Shown here one piece after another: positions 12,062 to 23,752 of a DNA stretch of 50,369 nucleotides (position 1 is its first letter; each line of letters begins with the position of its first letter). The notes beneath the pieces were generated by a model that saw nothing but the letters and a program-made list of their open reading frames with translations, was not told the DNA's origin and made no database searches. The position numbers were made by a program, and so were the translations under genes. The stretch covers positions 1-50,369 of the forward strand of contig JAXLNO010000255.1 of assembly GCA_038087875.1 (NCBI GenBank), in the 5' to 3' direction. This stretch comes from Malacoraja senta (lineage: Eukaryota).

Positions 12062-12314
12062 ATTTCTTAATGTCTGATAGCAGTAACAACATTCTGGAAA
12101 TATACAGCCAGCCAAGCAGCATCTGTAAAGAGATAAACTAAGTCAATGTTTTGGGTTGAGGACTCTTGGTCAGAACTGAGAGAAGTTCAAAATTAAATTA
12201 TTCTATGCTGTAGAGAAGGGAATCTGTACTGTCCATGCTTCCATGTATGCCAAACCCAGGTGCATGTTACAAGGGTACCCATTGTGTCCAAATTGATGTG
12301 GGTGAAGTGGACAG

Positions 12315-12470
12315 AGTTTAGTTTAGTTTAGTTTAGTTTACTATAGATTAGTAAGGGAGCCAGGGGTTATGGGGAGAAAGCAGGAGAAGTGGGTTGGGAG
12401 GGAAAGATATGATCAAATCGAGTAGACCTGATGGGCCGAATGGCCTAATTCTGCACCTATAACATGAACT
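12315..12470 (+). mobile_element. (TTTAG)n followed by a second-family CR1-type 3' tail
   Basis: ggggttatggggagaaagcagg...gatgggccgaatggcctaattctgc; a similar tail is at ~30850-31015. Confidence 0.6.
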
Positions 12471-12803
12471 TTAGTTTAGAGATACAGTGTGGAAACAGGC
12501 TCTTCGGCCCAGGGAGTCCATGCCAATCAGTGATCACCGCATACACCAGCACTAACCAACACACTATGGACAGTTTATAATTTACAGAAGCCAATTAACA
12601 TACAAACCAGTACATCTTTGCAGTGGAGGAGGAAACTGGAGCACCAGGAGAAAACCCACGTGGTCACAGAGAGAACGTACAAACTCCGTACAGACAGCAA
12701 CCATAGTCAGGATCTCTCTTTACAGATGCTTGGCTGGCTGTATATTTCCAGAATCAAACCCCAGTCTCTGGTGCTGTAATGCAGCAGCGCCACTGTGCCA
12801 CCC
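12471..12803 (-). mobile_element. HE1-type SINE (near full length) carrying a 40-bp inserted segment
   Basis: Antisense tail tttagtttagagatacagtgtggaaacagg through to the head ...cactgtgccaccc. Confidence 0.8.
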
Positions 12804-13314
12804 ATTCTCTGTGACAATTAGTTCAGCCAAGATGACAGAGGGCAGCAGTTCAAGGTGGAACTCCAGCGCCATAGTCAAAGAACTGAAGAAGGGTCCCAAC
12901 TAGGGACGTCATCCGTCCATTCCTTCCAGAGATACTGCCTGAACTGCTGAGCTCCTCCAGCACTGAGTTTTGCTCTGAAGACCTAGGAATGCTGAAATTT
13001 AAAAAAATGCTGGAAATCCTCAGCAGGTCAGACAGCATCTGTGGAGAGACAAACAAATTTTGATGGCTTTTCAGCAATATTATTTGACGGGGTCATTGTT
13101 GAGACAATAACTGCAACAAATTTGTTGGGCCCTAACAAAACTCTTACCAACTCCAGTCCAAGCGTGAATATAAATGTGAACACTCAACCTGGGGGCGGGG
13201 ATTAAAAAAGGACCTATTTTAGCTTGAACAAATAATACTAAACAGTGCCACACTGCAGGCAGAACTAAATTTACCACTGTTGTCCCAGAGATCTATTTTC
13301 AGGAGAGACAGGGT

Positions 13315-13810
13315 TTAAGGGTTTGTTTTCCTTTGTCTAGAGAAGGCTGAGGGAGTTTCTGATAGAGGTGTACACTGTTATGAACAGCATAGATGGGATA
13401 GATTATCAGAAACATTTCCACAGCATAGGTAACTGAACCCAGAGGGCAAAGGAAGACACAAGTGCTGGAGAGCTGTCAGACAGCATCCCTGAAGAACATG
13501 GATGATGTTTTGAGTCGGGATCCTTCTTCAGACTAAGGTCAATGGTTTAGGGTAAGGGATATTATGGTTCAGAGGGATTTAAGCAGGATCTTTTACACCC
13601 AGATGTGATTGGAATGTGGAGACATTAGACATTGGACCAGACATTCCCACATTTGGAGACAGTCATCCCCACACCATTTTAAGAAATATCAGGATGAGCA
13701 CGTACCAAGTGCATGTAAATGGGATTAGTATGGATGGATACTTGATGGTCAACATGAATATGATGGGCTGAAGGGCCTACTTCTGTGTGGTATGACTCTG
13801 TGGCACTATG
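13315..13810 (+). mobile_element. Decayed CR1 3' portion with a Penelope unit inserted at ~13452-13533
   Basis: CR1 motifs gaaggctgagggag...gatgggctgaagggcc...gtatgactct, interrupted by gacacaagtgctggag...ccttcttcagact. Confidence 0.65.
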
Positions 13811-14214
13811 AGATTTTCCATAGGAATATGGATGAGAATGGGATGGAAAGAACAAAAACATTGTCGGAAAAAGGGTCCCAACCCGAAATGTCTCCTGCCT
13901 ATTCTCTCCACAGATAATACATGGCCCACTGAATTCATCTTTTTTGCTCAAGATTCCAGCATCTGCACTTTATGGGTCTGCAAGAAATGTCTGCATCAGG
14001 TTTCAGCCACAGTGGTGGTGCTGTCAAGGAGATGGTGGTAAAAGCTGGAGGAGGTAAAGAGGAAGAGATAAATGAGTAAAATAGTGGAGAGAAGGAATAA
14101 AAGGAAAAGTATTGGAGATATGAAACATGGTAAATGTTGGAAATCTGAAATGTGCTGGAAATACTTACCAGGTCAAACATTGCCAATGGAGAGAAGAACA
14201 GCGTTAACTTGAGA

Positions 14215-14835
14215 GTCAAGAATATATAATTGCCATTAGTACCAACCACAGAACAATGAAATCCTTACTTGCAGCAGCTTAATGGGCCTATAAGCACAAT
14301 ACATACAATAATATATAATATACAATGTACAAAATACATGAATAACATATAATATACAAAAAATTAAACAAATTAATAACCACAATACTATTGCAAAATA
14401 CCCATAGTCCTCAGTGGAACTAAAGATAGTCCATAAAATTTCATATTTGAGGTTAGTGTAATGTAGTGTTCAAGAGCTTGGTGGTAGTTAGGAAGAAGCT
14501 ATTTTTTAACATCGTGGTCATGTTTTGCAAATTGCTGTATCTTCTTCCCAATGGTAGGAGTGAAATTAAAATGTGGCCAGGGTGGTGTAGGTCTTTGATG
14601 ACATTGGCTGCCTTTTTGAGGCAGTGCCTCCCATAGATCCCTTCAGTGATAGAGAGGTCAGTCTCTGTGATGGGCCGGGCCATGTCTACTAATCTCTGTA
14701 ACCTCCCGTTCGAGTTTCCTGATGCAACCAGTCAATATGCTCTCTACCATACACTTGTAGAAGTTCAAGAGAGTATTTGTCAACATACTGAAACTCCTCA
14801 ATCTTCTAAGGAAGTGAAGGCATTGATGACCTCTT
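14215..14835 (-). mobile_element. Rex-Babar LINE 3' fragment
   Basis: ORFs give HQCLHFLRRLRSFSM...LLNFYKCMVESILTGCI and CLKKAANVIKDLHHPGHILISLLPLGRRY...FFLTTTKLLN. Confidence 0.85.
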
Positions 14836-15227
14836 GTTGAAACTCGCCAGTTCAAATACACACTAGGAAGACCCACAGAGACCCAGTAAGAGACAGGCAC
14901 ATGGTCAGAGACAGACAAGCACACACACATATAAAAATACAAACTTTTCCAGGAGTAATCACTTCATGATAATCAGGGGTGTCGTTTCTGCGGTTCAAAT
15001 CGTCTGCTGACCAGAGGAAAAATATCAACTCTGGGACTATATTCTTGGTTATTTCATTTAAAAGATAATTATTCTAAGAAAGTAACAAATATACCATTTT
15101 CAATTTAACTTTTCTTTTACAACACTTTCGCAATAAAAAAATACTTTTATCAATTTTATTTTGTCTGATGAACAATTGGATCCAGGTCCTGACTTCTCAT
15201 TTACACTTATTTATTTTTTCAACTCAC

Positions 15228-15251
15228 TTGTCAGAGGCTCCCACCAATTAG
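15228..15251 (-). other. Candidate 24-nt microexon
   Basis: The minus strand reads ctctatctctttcttcaattggaatgcttctctacAG|ctaattggtgggagcctctgacaa|GTGAGT. The only open frame gives xNWWEPLTx. Confidence 0.3.
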
Positions 15252-16064
15252 CTGTAGAGAAGCATTCCAATTGAAGAAAGAGATAGAGTAGGAACATATT
15301 TTGTATCCTGGTTCACAGTGTGGAAAGATTGTTGCATGTTTTACGTTAGGGTGCTGATAGCTTTCGAAATTTGGTTTGAGCCACTGTGGCTTTAGGAGGA
15401 AAGAGTGGCAGATGGGAAACTCATTGGAAGATGCAGGCATCTGGTAGCCTTTCCGGGGGATGTGCAGCAGTTCCTCTCTTTGGAATGTGATACTAGCTTC
15501 ATATAGTCCTGGAAGATCAGCTGAGGACATTTTCCAGCTTTTACAGTATGTAAACTACTTATCTATCCTGTGGGATCTGCATGTTAAACCCATTCTCAGC
15601 TCAAAAACCGGTAATAACATTCCCACATTCCATACTTGAATCAGGGACAACTTGTTTTGCTTTAGGACACACACATGCAAATGCACGGAGGTGCAGACAG
15701 TGAACCACACACACATAAAAAGAGATATAGAAGGGTAATACGGACACATTGAAGGAAGGGACATAGATAGATATGATAGACAATACAGCACATGAGAATC
15801 TAAAGAGTTAAATATGGATAGATCCAATGGCTTTTAGTGGTTCAATTGTTTATCATTATCTCACACACAGAGATACAGTGAAATTCTTGTTCTGCATGCT
15901 ACCCATTAAATCATCTAATTCCTGAGTATTATAGATCCTCCACTGGAATAGATTGACGAGAGTTGCCATGATCCAGTGCCATTTAGCACCTTCCAAGTCC
16001 CTGAAAAGTCTGTTCCAGGCCCAAATAAATAATACATTTCTTATACTGTATTTCTCACTTTTAA

Positions 16065-17165
16065 TGGGCAACCTAATCTGCGAGTTTAGAAGAGTTTGCC
16101 CTCGACTCAAACTCGCAGCATGGTCGACACGTGGTCCTGGTAGGTCCTATGAGGTCACTGGAACTCTCATGCTCGAGGGAAGTTCCCGCATACTCGCGGT
16201 CTCAGTTTGGTCGAGGAAATTTTTTCAGCGAGTAAAAAGTGGTCGGCACGGTTCTTTTGAACTCGTAGTGCAGTGGAGTGTGGTCGCTATGTAGTTACAG
16301 GCAGTCGAGGGCAGCCGCGGGCAATTCCTTCGCTGACCGGGCATTTTAATTGGCTGATTGGAGTTTTCAGGACCAAGGAAAACCGACCGGTAATGTAAAA
16401 CAAAGATCCTATAGACCACTCCTGCTAAATGCAATGGGTTGACGTGTAGTACGCAACAGAACGGAACGTGGGCCTTTTTTTCATCCATTTCCGTAACCGG
16501 ACCCAACCTGACCCGACTCGCAGTGTAATCAACGTTGCGGGGGAACAGTTTGTGTTAATAAATTAAAATCTGAAAATGAGGAGAAGATTTTTACCAAATA
16601 ACTTTTATTTTTACGAGGATGTTTCCGTAACCGGCTTCCGTCTCCGCACTATTATCCTATGGGATCTTTGGTGTGGAGTCGCAAGCCGGTTACGGAAATG
16701 GGGCCTTAATTTACCCATGAATCTGCCCATGACCGTACTATGTCTTTTTCGTCGAGTGGACTATCTTGCTCGCTATAGGATCTTTGATGTAAAATGCCCA
16801 CTAAACTTTATTATAAGTTGTCTGGCTTCTTAAAAGTGTCTCCACTCCTTCCCCCCCCCCCTTCTCCCCCCCTTCTTTCCCATTCTCTCCCCTTCTCTCC
16901 ACTTCTCTCCCCCTCTCTCCCCTTCTCTCCAACCCCCCTCTCTAAAGGACTTACCATACACTGTGTAGCCGTCTTTTACCTTTCTATTCATCGCGGATGT
17001 GAATTTCAGACAGCGCTCCCCCACTTTCCCTGACCCTTGCCTTTGCGATCCAGCTCGCGGTTTCACCGCTGTCGGTCTATCCAGCTCGAGGTTTTTCAGG
17101 CGAGGGCCCTCGAGCTTGAAGGTCGAAGACAGTCGCTGAAAGGTCGCGTCAGTGGGACAAGCCCT
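16065..17165. mobile_element. Non-autonomous Harbinger/PIF-type DNA transposon, left TIR missing
   Basis: The right end agtgggacaagccct plus TAA matches the TIR family of the 22780-23105 MITE. TAA is also present at 16062-16064. The body is CpG-rich with a CT-rich tract at ~16845-16945. Confidence 0.7.
16401..16786. mobile_element. 386-bp MITE with 14-bp TIRs and 8-bp TSD (P-like or hAT), nested in the Harbinger-type element
   Basis: Perfect TIRs caaagatcctatag / ctataggatctttg. Perfect TSD atgtaaaa at 16393-16400 and 16787-16794. Confidence 0.9.
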
Positions 17166-17309
17166 TAAGGCCCCCTGTCCTTGCAGCACTGGATCGATGA
17201 AGTAGGTGTCGGCCTGACCCAGCAGGATGCTGTCAGCTCATGGATTCTCCTATTGTCTTGCACTATTATTGTCTGTTTAGTTGTCTGTTCATATATATAT
17301 ATATACTGA

Positions 17310-17551
17310 CTTCTTGCCCAGAGTAGGTGAATCAAGGACCAGAGGACATAGGTTTAAGGTGAAGGGGAAACGATTTAATAGGAATCGGAGGGGTCACTTT
17401 TTCACACAAAGGGTGATGGATGGATGGAACAAGCTGCCAGAAGAGGTAGTTGAGGCTGGGACTATCCCAACATTTAGGAAACAGTTAGACAGGGGTATTG
17501 ATAGGACAGGTTTGAAGGGATATGGACCAAATGCAGGCAATTGGGACTAGT
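17310..17551 (+). mobile_element. CR1 3' fragment
   Basis: ORF 17281-17550 reads LPRVGESRTRGHRFKVKG...FFTQRV..WNKLPEEVVEA. Confidence 0.85.
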
Positions 17552-17997
17552 GTCGCATCGGGTGGTGCCGCAAGTCGGCAGCCTCGTCAACAGCTGTTCG
17601 TCCTTTTGACTTTTTTTTGTTTTTAGTATGTCTAAAAGTGTATTTTAGTGTGTTTTAGTGTGGGGGGTGGTGGCAGGGAATAGGGGGTAACTGTTTTTCA
17701 GTCACTTACCTCCGTGGAATGCGATTTTCTCCTAGTCGCATTTTCGCCCTCCCTCGCGGCCTAACAGCTTGGATTGGTGCGGCCTCTCCTGGAGCCGGGC
17801 CCAGAGCTTCAGCAGCAGGCGCTGCGCGGACTTTCCATCGCGGTGCCGGGTGATCCCTTGCCGGGGATCGTCAGTAGAAGTGCTCCGATTGCTGGCCCGT
17901 GGACTATAACATCTTGAAGCCGCGGTCTGCGGAGCTTCTAGCCGTGGGCACGGCGTGGACTTTCCATCGCTGAGTCTGTAATCCCTCGCCGGGGCCC
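17552..17997 (+). mobile_element. GC/CpG-rich element, 3'-truncated, related to 39596-40468
   Basis: Shares gggg.aactgttt...cagtc..acct..gga.atgcg.tttt..cc..tcgcat.ttcgc.ctccc..gcggcct with 39740-39825. Internal repeat ggactttccatcgc...atccct.gccgggg occurs twice. Confidence 0.6.
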
Positions 17998-20900
17998 AAC
18001 CTCAGCCCAACTTAGCTTTTGATAGTGATTGTTGGAAAGTCACTCACTTGCTGAGACCTCTCTCACAACCTATCTCTTTGATCCAAAGGCTTGTCATCTC
18101 TTCTTATTTCTCTCTTTCACTATTGTTTATGTTCCTGTTAGACACAGTGTCATATTTTATTACATTAAAGGCAAGTTTGCATGTCAGGGTACATCTTTAT
18201 TCCTATATACATTTCTATCTGGTGAAATTTCCAATCATGCATCTCCATGATGATTTTCTCTATTCACACATGCAAGGGAAATATTCTGTGAACTTCTTAG
18301 AGTGCAATTAGTTTCAGAGCCATTACGCCATATTTACCAGAGAGGATATCATCAGATAAAGAACAGATTTGCAAAGGAATTTTGCATTACAATTATCGAT
18401 TTTGTAATTTATAACAGAAGATATGACTCAGACTATGAGTAAATTGTATAACAAGTTGCACAAATGCTGGCATGCACATTTTGCACAAAATTGTCTCCCT
18501 CCGTGTTGTGTGACTTTATGATACCTTTCCAAGCCTATTATCACCAACTCTATACTGCACTTAAGATGAAGCTAATAGACAGTTCATTTATTGTGAATGT
18601 TTTTCAGATTGAACTGAGTACAACACTCAGTCCTGACTTCCAGGTGCAATACAACGTGAGATTGACTGAAATATTTTTGTAGCTCAGAAATGACTGTCAC
18701 ATTAACAGCACTTGATATGTAATTCCTCTGTGTGATATTAGAATAAAGCATTAACTAATTTATTACCGAATAAGCTGTGCCTCATCTCCCGCCTCACTAC
18801 ACACAGCATCCCTGCTTCTGCCAGGAAAATCGATGGTGGCTGTTGATGTCAAGATGCTTTGATGGCATGGTCTCCTCTTGTGCCTGGGATGTATAGCAGT
18901 GAAGAAAGTGTATGGTATGTTCGCCATCATTGATTGGGGTTTTAGAGTCAGGAAGTCATGTTGCAGCTTTATAGGACTTTGAAAGAGACAAATGTAGGAG
19001 TAACTCAGTGGTTCAGGCAGCACCTATGGAGGACTGGATAGGCGAAGAATCCACTGGCCTTTTCTCTGTGCCTGAACCATTTGAGAACGGCCTCCAAGCA
19101 CTTCAGGCACATTGGGTTTATAAACGTAATTTTAATATCCTGATTTACCTTGGATGAATTCAACGTTGACTCCAATTCAAAGCGACCTGAGCAGAAAAGA
19201 ATCCTGGTCCATTATACATAGTCTCATCTAGGAAAGGGCATGGCAATGAGAATCATGATCCAGTTTCCAGTGTTAGTATCAGCTAGCAATCGATGAGAAC
19301 ACTTATCAGATTGTTGGCTTCCCCATGCCATCCTGCTCTGCTCCTGTGGTGTTACCTGACTCTGGAGCTAGAAATAATTGTGAAGTGAATGAGCTTTGGT
19401 GAAAAATTTGACAGCATCTCGGGAAGTTTCTTTAAACTACTACCTAACGATGAACATGCAAAATCGAAGCTGTGGTAGTTTGATGATCTGAAACACTATT
19501 CGTGCAAGCTTAAAAAAATGCATTTAACCTCGATCCAGGTCTGCATTGCCCTTTCTTGAAACTTGGAGACACAAGAAACTGCCGATACTAGAATCCAGCA
19601 AAAAAACAACTAAATGCTGGAGGAACTTAGCGGCTCAGGCAGCATCTGTGGAAGAAATGAACAGGTGGCAGTTCGGGTCGGGACCCTACTTCAAGACTGG
19701 AGTAGAGGGGAGACAACTGGTAGAAAGATGTGAGTGGAAGGGATGGGGCAAGAGCTGGCTAGTCATCGGATCCAGGGAATAGGGGGTAACTGTTTTTCAG
19801 TCACTTACCTCCGTGGAATGCGATTTTCTCCTAGTCGCATTTTCGCCCTCCCTCGCGGCCTAACAGCTTGGATTGGTGCGGCCTCTCCTGGAGCCGGGCC
19901 CAGAGCTTCAGCAGCAGGCGCTGCGCGGACTTTCCATCGCGGTGCCGGGTGATCCCTTGCCGGGGATCGTCAGTAGAAGTGCTCCGATTGCTGGCCCGTG
20001 GACTATAACATCTTGAAGCCGCGGTCTGCGGAGCTTCTAGCCGTGGGCACGGCGTGGACTTTCCATCGCTGAGTCTGTAATCCCTCGCCGGGGCCCAACC
20101 TCAGCCCAACTTAGCTTTTGATAGTGATTGTTGGAAAGTCACTCACTTGCTGAGACCTCTCTCACAACCTATCTCTTTGATCCAAAGGCTTGTCATCTCT
20201 TCTTATTTCTCTCTTTCACTATTGTTTATGTTCCTGTTAGACACAGTGTCATATTTTATTACATTAAAGGCAAGTTTGCATGTCAGGGTACATCTTTATT
20301 CCTATATACATTTCTATCTGGTGAAATTTCCAATCATGCATCTCCATGATGATTTTCTCTATTCACACATGCAAGGGAAATATTCTGTGAACTTCTTAGA
20401 GTGCAATTAGTTTCAGAGCCATTACGCCATATTTACCAGAGAGGATATCATCAGATAAAGAACAGATTTGCAAAGGAATTTTGCATTACAATTATCGATT
20501 TTGTAATTTATAACAGAAGATATGACTCAGACTATGAGTAAATTGTATAACAAGTTGCACAAATGCTGGCATGCACATTTTGCACAAAATTGTCTCCCTC
20601 CGTGTTGTGTGACTTTATGATACCTTTCCAAGCCTATTATCACCAACTCTATACTGCACTTAAGATGAAGCTAATAGACAGTTCATTTATTGTGAATGTT
20701 TTTCAGATTGAACTGAGTACAACACTCAGTCCTGACTTCCAGGTGCAATACAACGTGAGATTGACTGAAATATTTTTGTAGCTCAGAAATGACTGTCACA
20801 TTAACAGCACTTGATATGTAATTCCTCTGTGTGATATTAGAATAAAGCATTAACTAATTTATTACCGAATAAGCTGTGCCTCATCTCCCGCCTCACTACA

Positions 20901-21875
20901 CACAGCATCCCTGCTTCTGCCAGGAAAATCGATGGTGGCTGTTGATGTCAAGATGCTTTGATGGCATGGTCTCCTCTTGTGCCTGGGATGTATAGCAGTG
21001 AAGAAAGTGTATGGTATGTTCGCCATCATTGATTGGGGTTTTAGAGTCAGGAAGTCATGTTGCAGCTTTATAGGACTTTGAAAGAGACAAATGTAGGAGT
21101 AACTCAGTGGTTCAGGCAGCACCTATGGAGGACTGGATAGGCGAAGAATCCACTGGCCTTTTCTCTGTGCCTGAACCATTTGAGAACGGCCTCCAAGCAC
21201 TTCAGGCACATTGGGTTTATAAACGTAATTTTAATATCCTGATTTACCTTGGATGAATTCAACGTTGACTCCAATTCAAAGCGACCTGAGCAGAAAAGAA
21301 TCCTGGTCCATTATACATAGTCTCATCTAGGAAAGGGCATGGCAATGAGAATCATGATCCAGTTTCCAGTGTTAGTATCAGCTAGCAATCGATGAGAACA
21401 CTTATCAGATTGTTGGCTTCCCCATGCCATCCTGCTCTGCTCCTGTGGTGTTACCTGACTCTGGAGCTAGAAATAATTGTGAAGTGAATGAGCTTTGGTG
21501 AAAAATTTGACAGCATCTCGGGAAGTTTCTTTAAACTACTACCTAACGATGAACATGCAAAATCGAAGCTGTGGTAGTTTGATGATCTGAAACACTATTC
21601 GTGCAAGCTTAAAAAAATGCATTTAACCTCGATCCAGGTCTGCATTGCCCTTTCTTGAAACTTGGAGACACAAGAAACTGCCGATACTAGAATCCAGCAA
21701 AAAAACAACTAAATGCTGGAGGAACTTAGCGGCTCAGGCAGCATCTGTGGAAGAAATGAACAGGTGGCAGTTCGGGTCGGGACCCTACTTCAAGACTGGA
21801 GTAGAGGGGAGACAACTGGTAGAAAGATGTGAGTGGAAGGGATGGGGCAAGAGCTGGCTAGTCATCGGATCCAGG
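17674..21875 (+). repeat. Tandem duplication, unit 2099 bp (17674-19772, 19773-21871)
   Basis: Identical ORFs are offset by exactly 2099 (18029/20128, 18464/20563, 18763/20862). CAGG occurs at all three junction positions (17674, 19773, 21872). I noticed no mismatch by eye. Confidence 0.97.
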
Positions 21876-22312
21876 TAAGAAAGGGCTGATTGGCAGATGA
21901 GTCAAGTAGGGGAGGGATGGATGGGGATGGTGGAATCTGATAGAGAAGGAAGGTGGGGAGTGAAAAGTAGAACAAGAGGGAGGTCTCACCATTATTTTGT
22001 CAGGGAGGTCTGACCAATATGAGACTATGTACAGAACATTAGATTGGAGGAAGTACAAGTGAATCACTGATTCAGCTGGAAAGAATGTCTCAGTCTCTGT
22101 TTGATGACAAGAGAATGGGATGAAACGACAGGGTGATAAACTCTGCAGCTGCAAAGGGAAAGTGACATATAATAAAGAATGGTAGGTTGGGATGCAAGAG
22201 TAGGAATTCTGAAGGGGATGATCCTAAATGGAGAGGGGAGTATGTGCCTGATAGTGGAATCTTGTTGGAGCTGGTAGCAATTGATAATGAATTCTCCACC
22301 TTTAAGTACCTC
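21662..22312 (-). mobile_element. Decayed, rearranged Penelope-like element 3' region (first 210 bp also present at 19563-19772)
   Basis: Common terminal unit, a purine-rich tract, and decayed coding remnants similar to 34736-35245. Confidence 0.55.
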
Positions 22313-22494
22313 ACTCTTTCTGTTTATTCCAGAATTATTTGTCTGCTTTCATTTTGGATCTTTTTAAAAACTTTTTATTTTGGTGCCGTCTGATCTACTG
22401 TTCATGACCCAAGATCCTTTCCATTAGGTTTAGGTTTAGCTTCAAATGGAAGATACTGAGAGCAGAATATAGTTCTCGGCATTAAAGCACAATA

Positions 22495-22722
22495 TGTGGA
22501 GTTTGCATGTTCTCCTGTGGTTTCCCTCTGGCTGCTCCAGTTTCCTCCCACATCTCAAGGAAGCGTGGGTTTGTAGGTTAATTGCCCTCTGTAAATTCGC
22601 CCAAGTGCTTAGTGATGAGAAAGTCGGATAACAGAACTAGTGTGAACAGGTAATCACTGATCAGCATGGATTCAGTGGGTCGAAGGGCCTGTTTCCAAGC
22701 TATATCTTTCAATCAATCAATT
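22495..22722 (+). mobile_element. HE1-type SINE, 5'-truncated
   Basis: tgtggagtttgcatgttctcc...gaagggcctgtttcc...tctttcaatcaatcaa. Confidence 0.75.
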
Positions 22723-22779
22723 CATTTCAGATATTCCATTTGTTCCACCTATTAACTCCCTCCACTCCTTGCTACCTTA

Positions 22780-23105
22780 AGGGCCTGTCCTACTCCGCGA
22801 GTTACTCACGAACTCTCCCGAGTTTTCCCCTTGATTCGAACTCGGAGAATTACGGTAATAGCCATTCGTAGGTACTCAGGGCTATTTTTTTACTCGTGGA
22901 CATTTTTCAACATGTTGAAAAAACGTCCCAACTTACCTGATGCCCCGAGTTCCTATGGCTGGCATTACGAGCCTCTACGAAACATCTAGGGACTGCTATG
23001 GCCTCCTACGAGCTCGCTACCGACATTCCCCGACATTCCCCAAGTTCGAATCAAGGGAAAACTCGGGAGCATTCGTGAGTAACTCGGGAAAGTGGGACAG
23101 GGTCT
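22780..23105. mobile_element. 326-bp Harbinger/Tourist-type MITE
   Basis: ~70-bp imperfect TIRs (agggcctgtcctact..cgagttactcacgaa..ccttgattcgaact and its reverse complement). 3-bp TSD TTA at 22777-22779 and 23106-23108. Confidence 0.9.
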
Positions 23106-23264
23106 TTAAACTAATTTGTTTTCTCTTATTCCAAGTTCTGATGAAGGATCGGGATCTGAAACCTATTTTTTTCTTTTTCCACAGATGCTGCCTGACAATA
23201 CAGCCAAGTGCTTTACTGGTGCTCAGAAAAGGGCAAAGCTCTAGAAACTGAGGGATTCCTTACA

Positions 23265-23483
23265 GACTGTGGTCCTGACCTCCCATCTACCTCCTGGAGT
23301 CCTTTGAATTTCCTTTAATCGGACTTTGTGGGACTTCAGTGTTATATCTTGCACTAAATGCTGTACTCTTTATCTGTGCCCTGTGGAAGGCTTGATTATA
23401 TTCATCTATACTCTTCTTTAACTAGATAACAGGCAAACAAAAGCTTTTCACTGTACATGTGACAGTAATAAACTAAACTAAAA
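23265..23483 (+). mobile_element. LINE-type 3' UTR/tail (probably Rex-Babar related)
   Basis: Ends aaagcttttcactgtacatgtgacagtaataaactaaactaaa. A similar tail (tttcactgtgc...gtgacattaaag) is at ~24300-24348. Confidence 0.5.
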
Positions 23484-23588
23484 AAGTGACATTTCTTGTA
23501 ATAATAATTTGTTCAAGAAATGTATATATTTTTTAGATTTAGAGTTCAGAATAAACAAAATCCATGGAGACGGTTTGGTGGTAAGAGT

Positions 23589-23752
23589 CAGGCCCTCTCA
23601 TAGATGAACTGAGGCCCAGGCCAATTTCAATTTTAGAGGCCCCAAACCAAGATCAAGCAGAGGCCCCCAAATCAAGATCCGTTTTGGAGCAGACAGTCAT
23701 GAGGCCCATGCCAAATGGCTCTCGTTGCCCCCCCCCCCTTTGATAGGACCTG
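23589..23752. mobile_element. 164-bp hAT-type MITE
   Basis: TIRs caggccctctca / tgataggacctg (10 of 12 match). 8-bp TSD gtaagagt (23581-23588) / gtaagggt (23753-23760). Four internal gaggccc motifs. Confidence 0.75.

Noticed and set aside
15231..15530. 99-aa minus-strand ORF
   Set aside because: No recognisable domain and no convincing acceptor upstream; only the 24-nt sub-exon was kept as a candidate.
17700..17735. acttacct, resembling the U1 snRNA 5' end
   Set aside because: The similarity stops after 8 nt; it is part of the GC-rich repeat.
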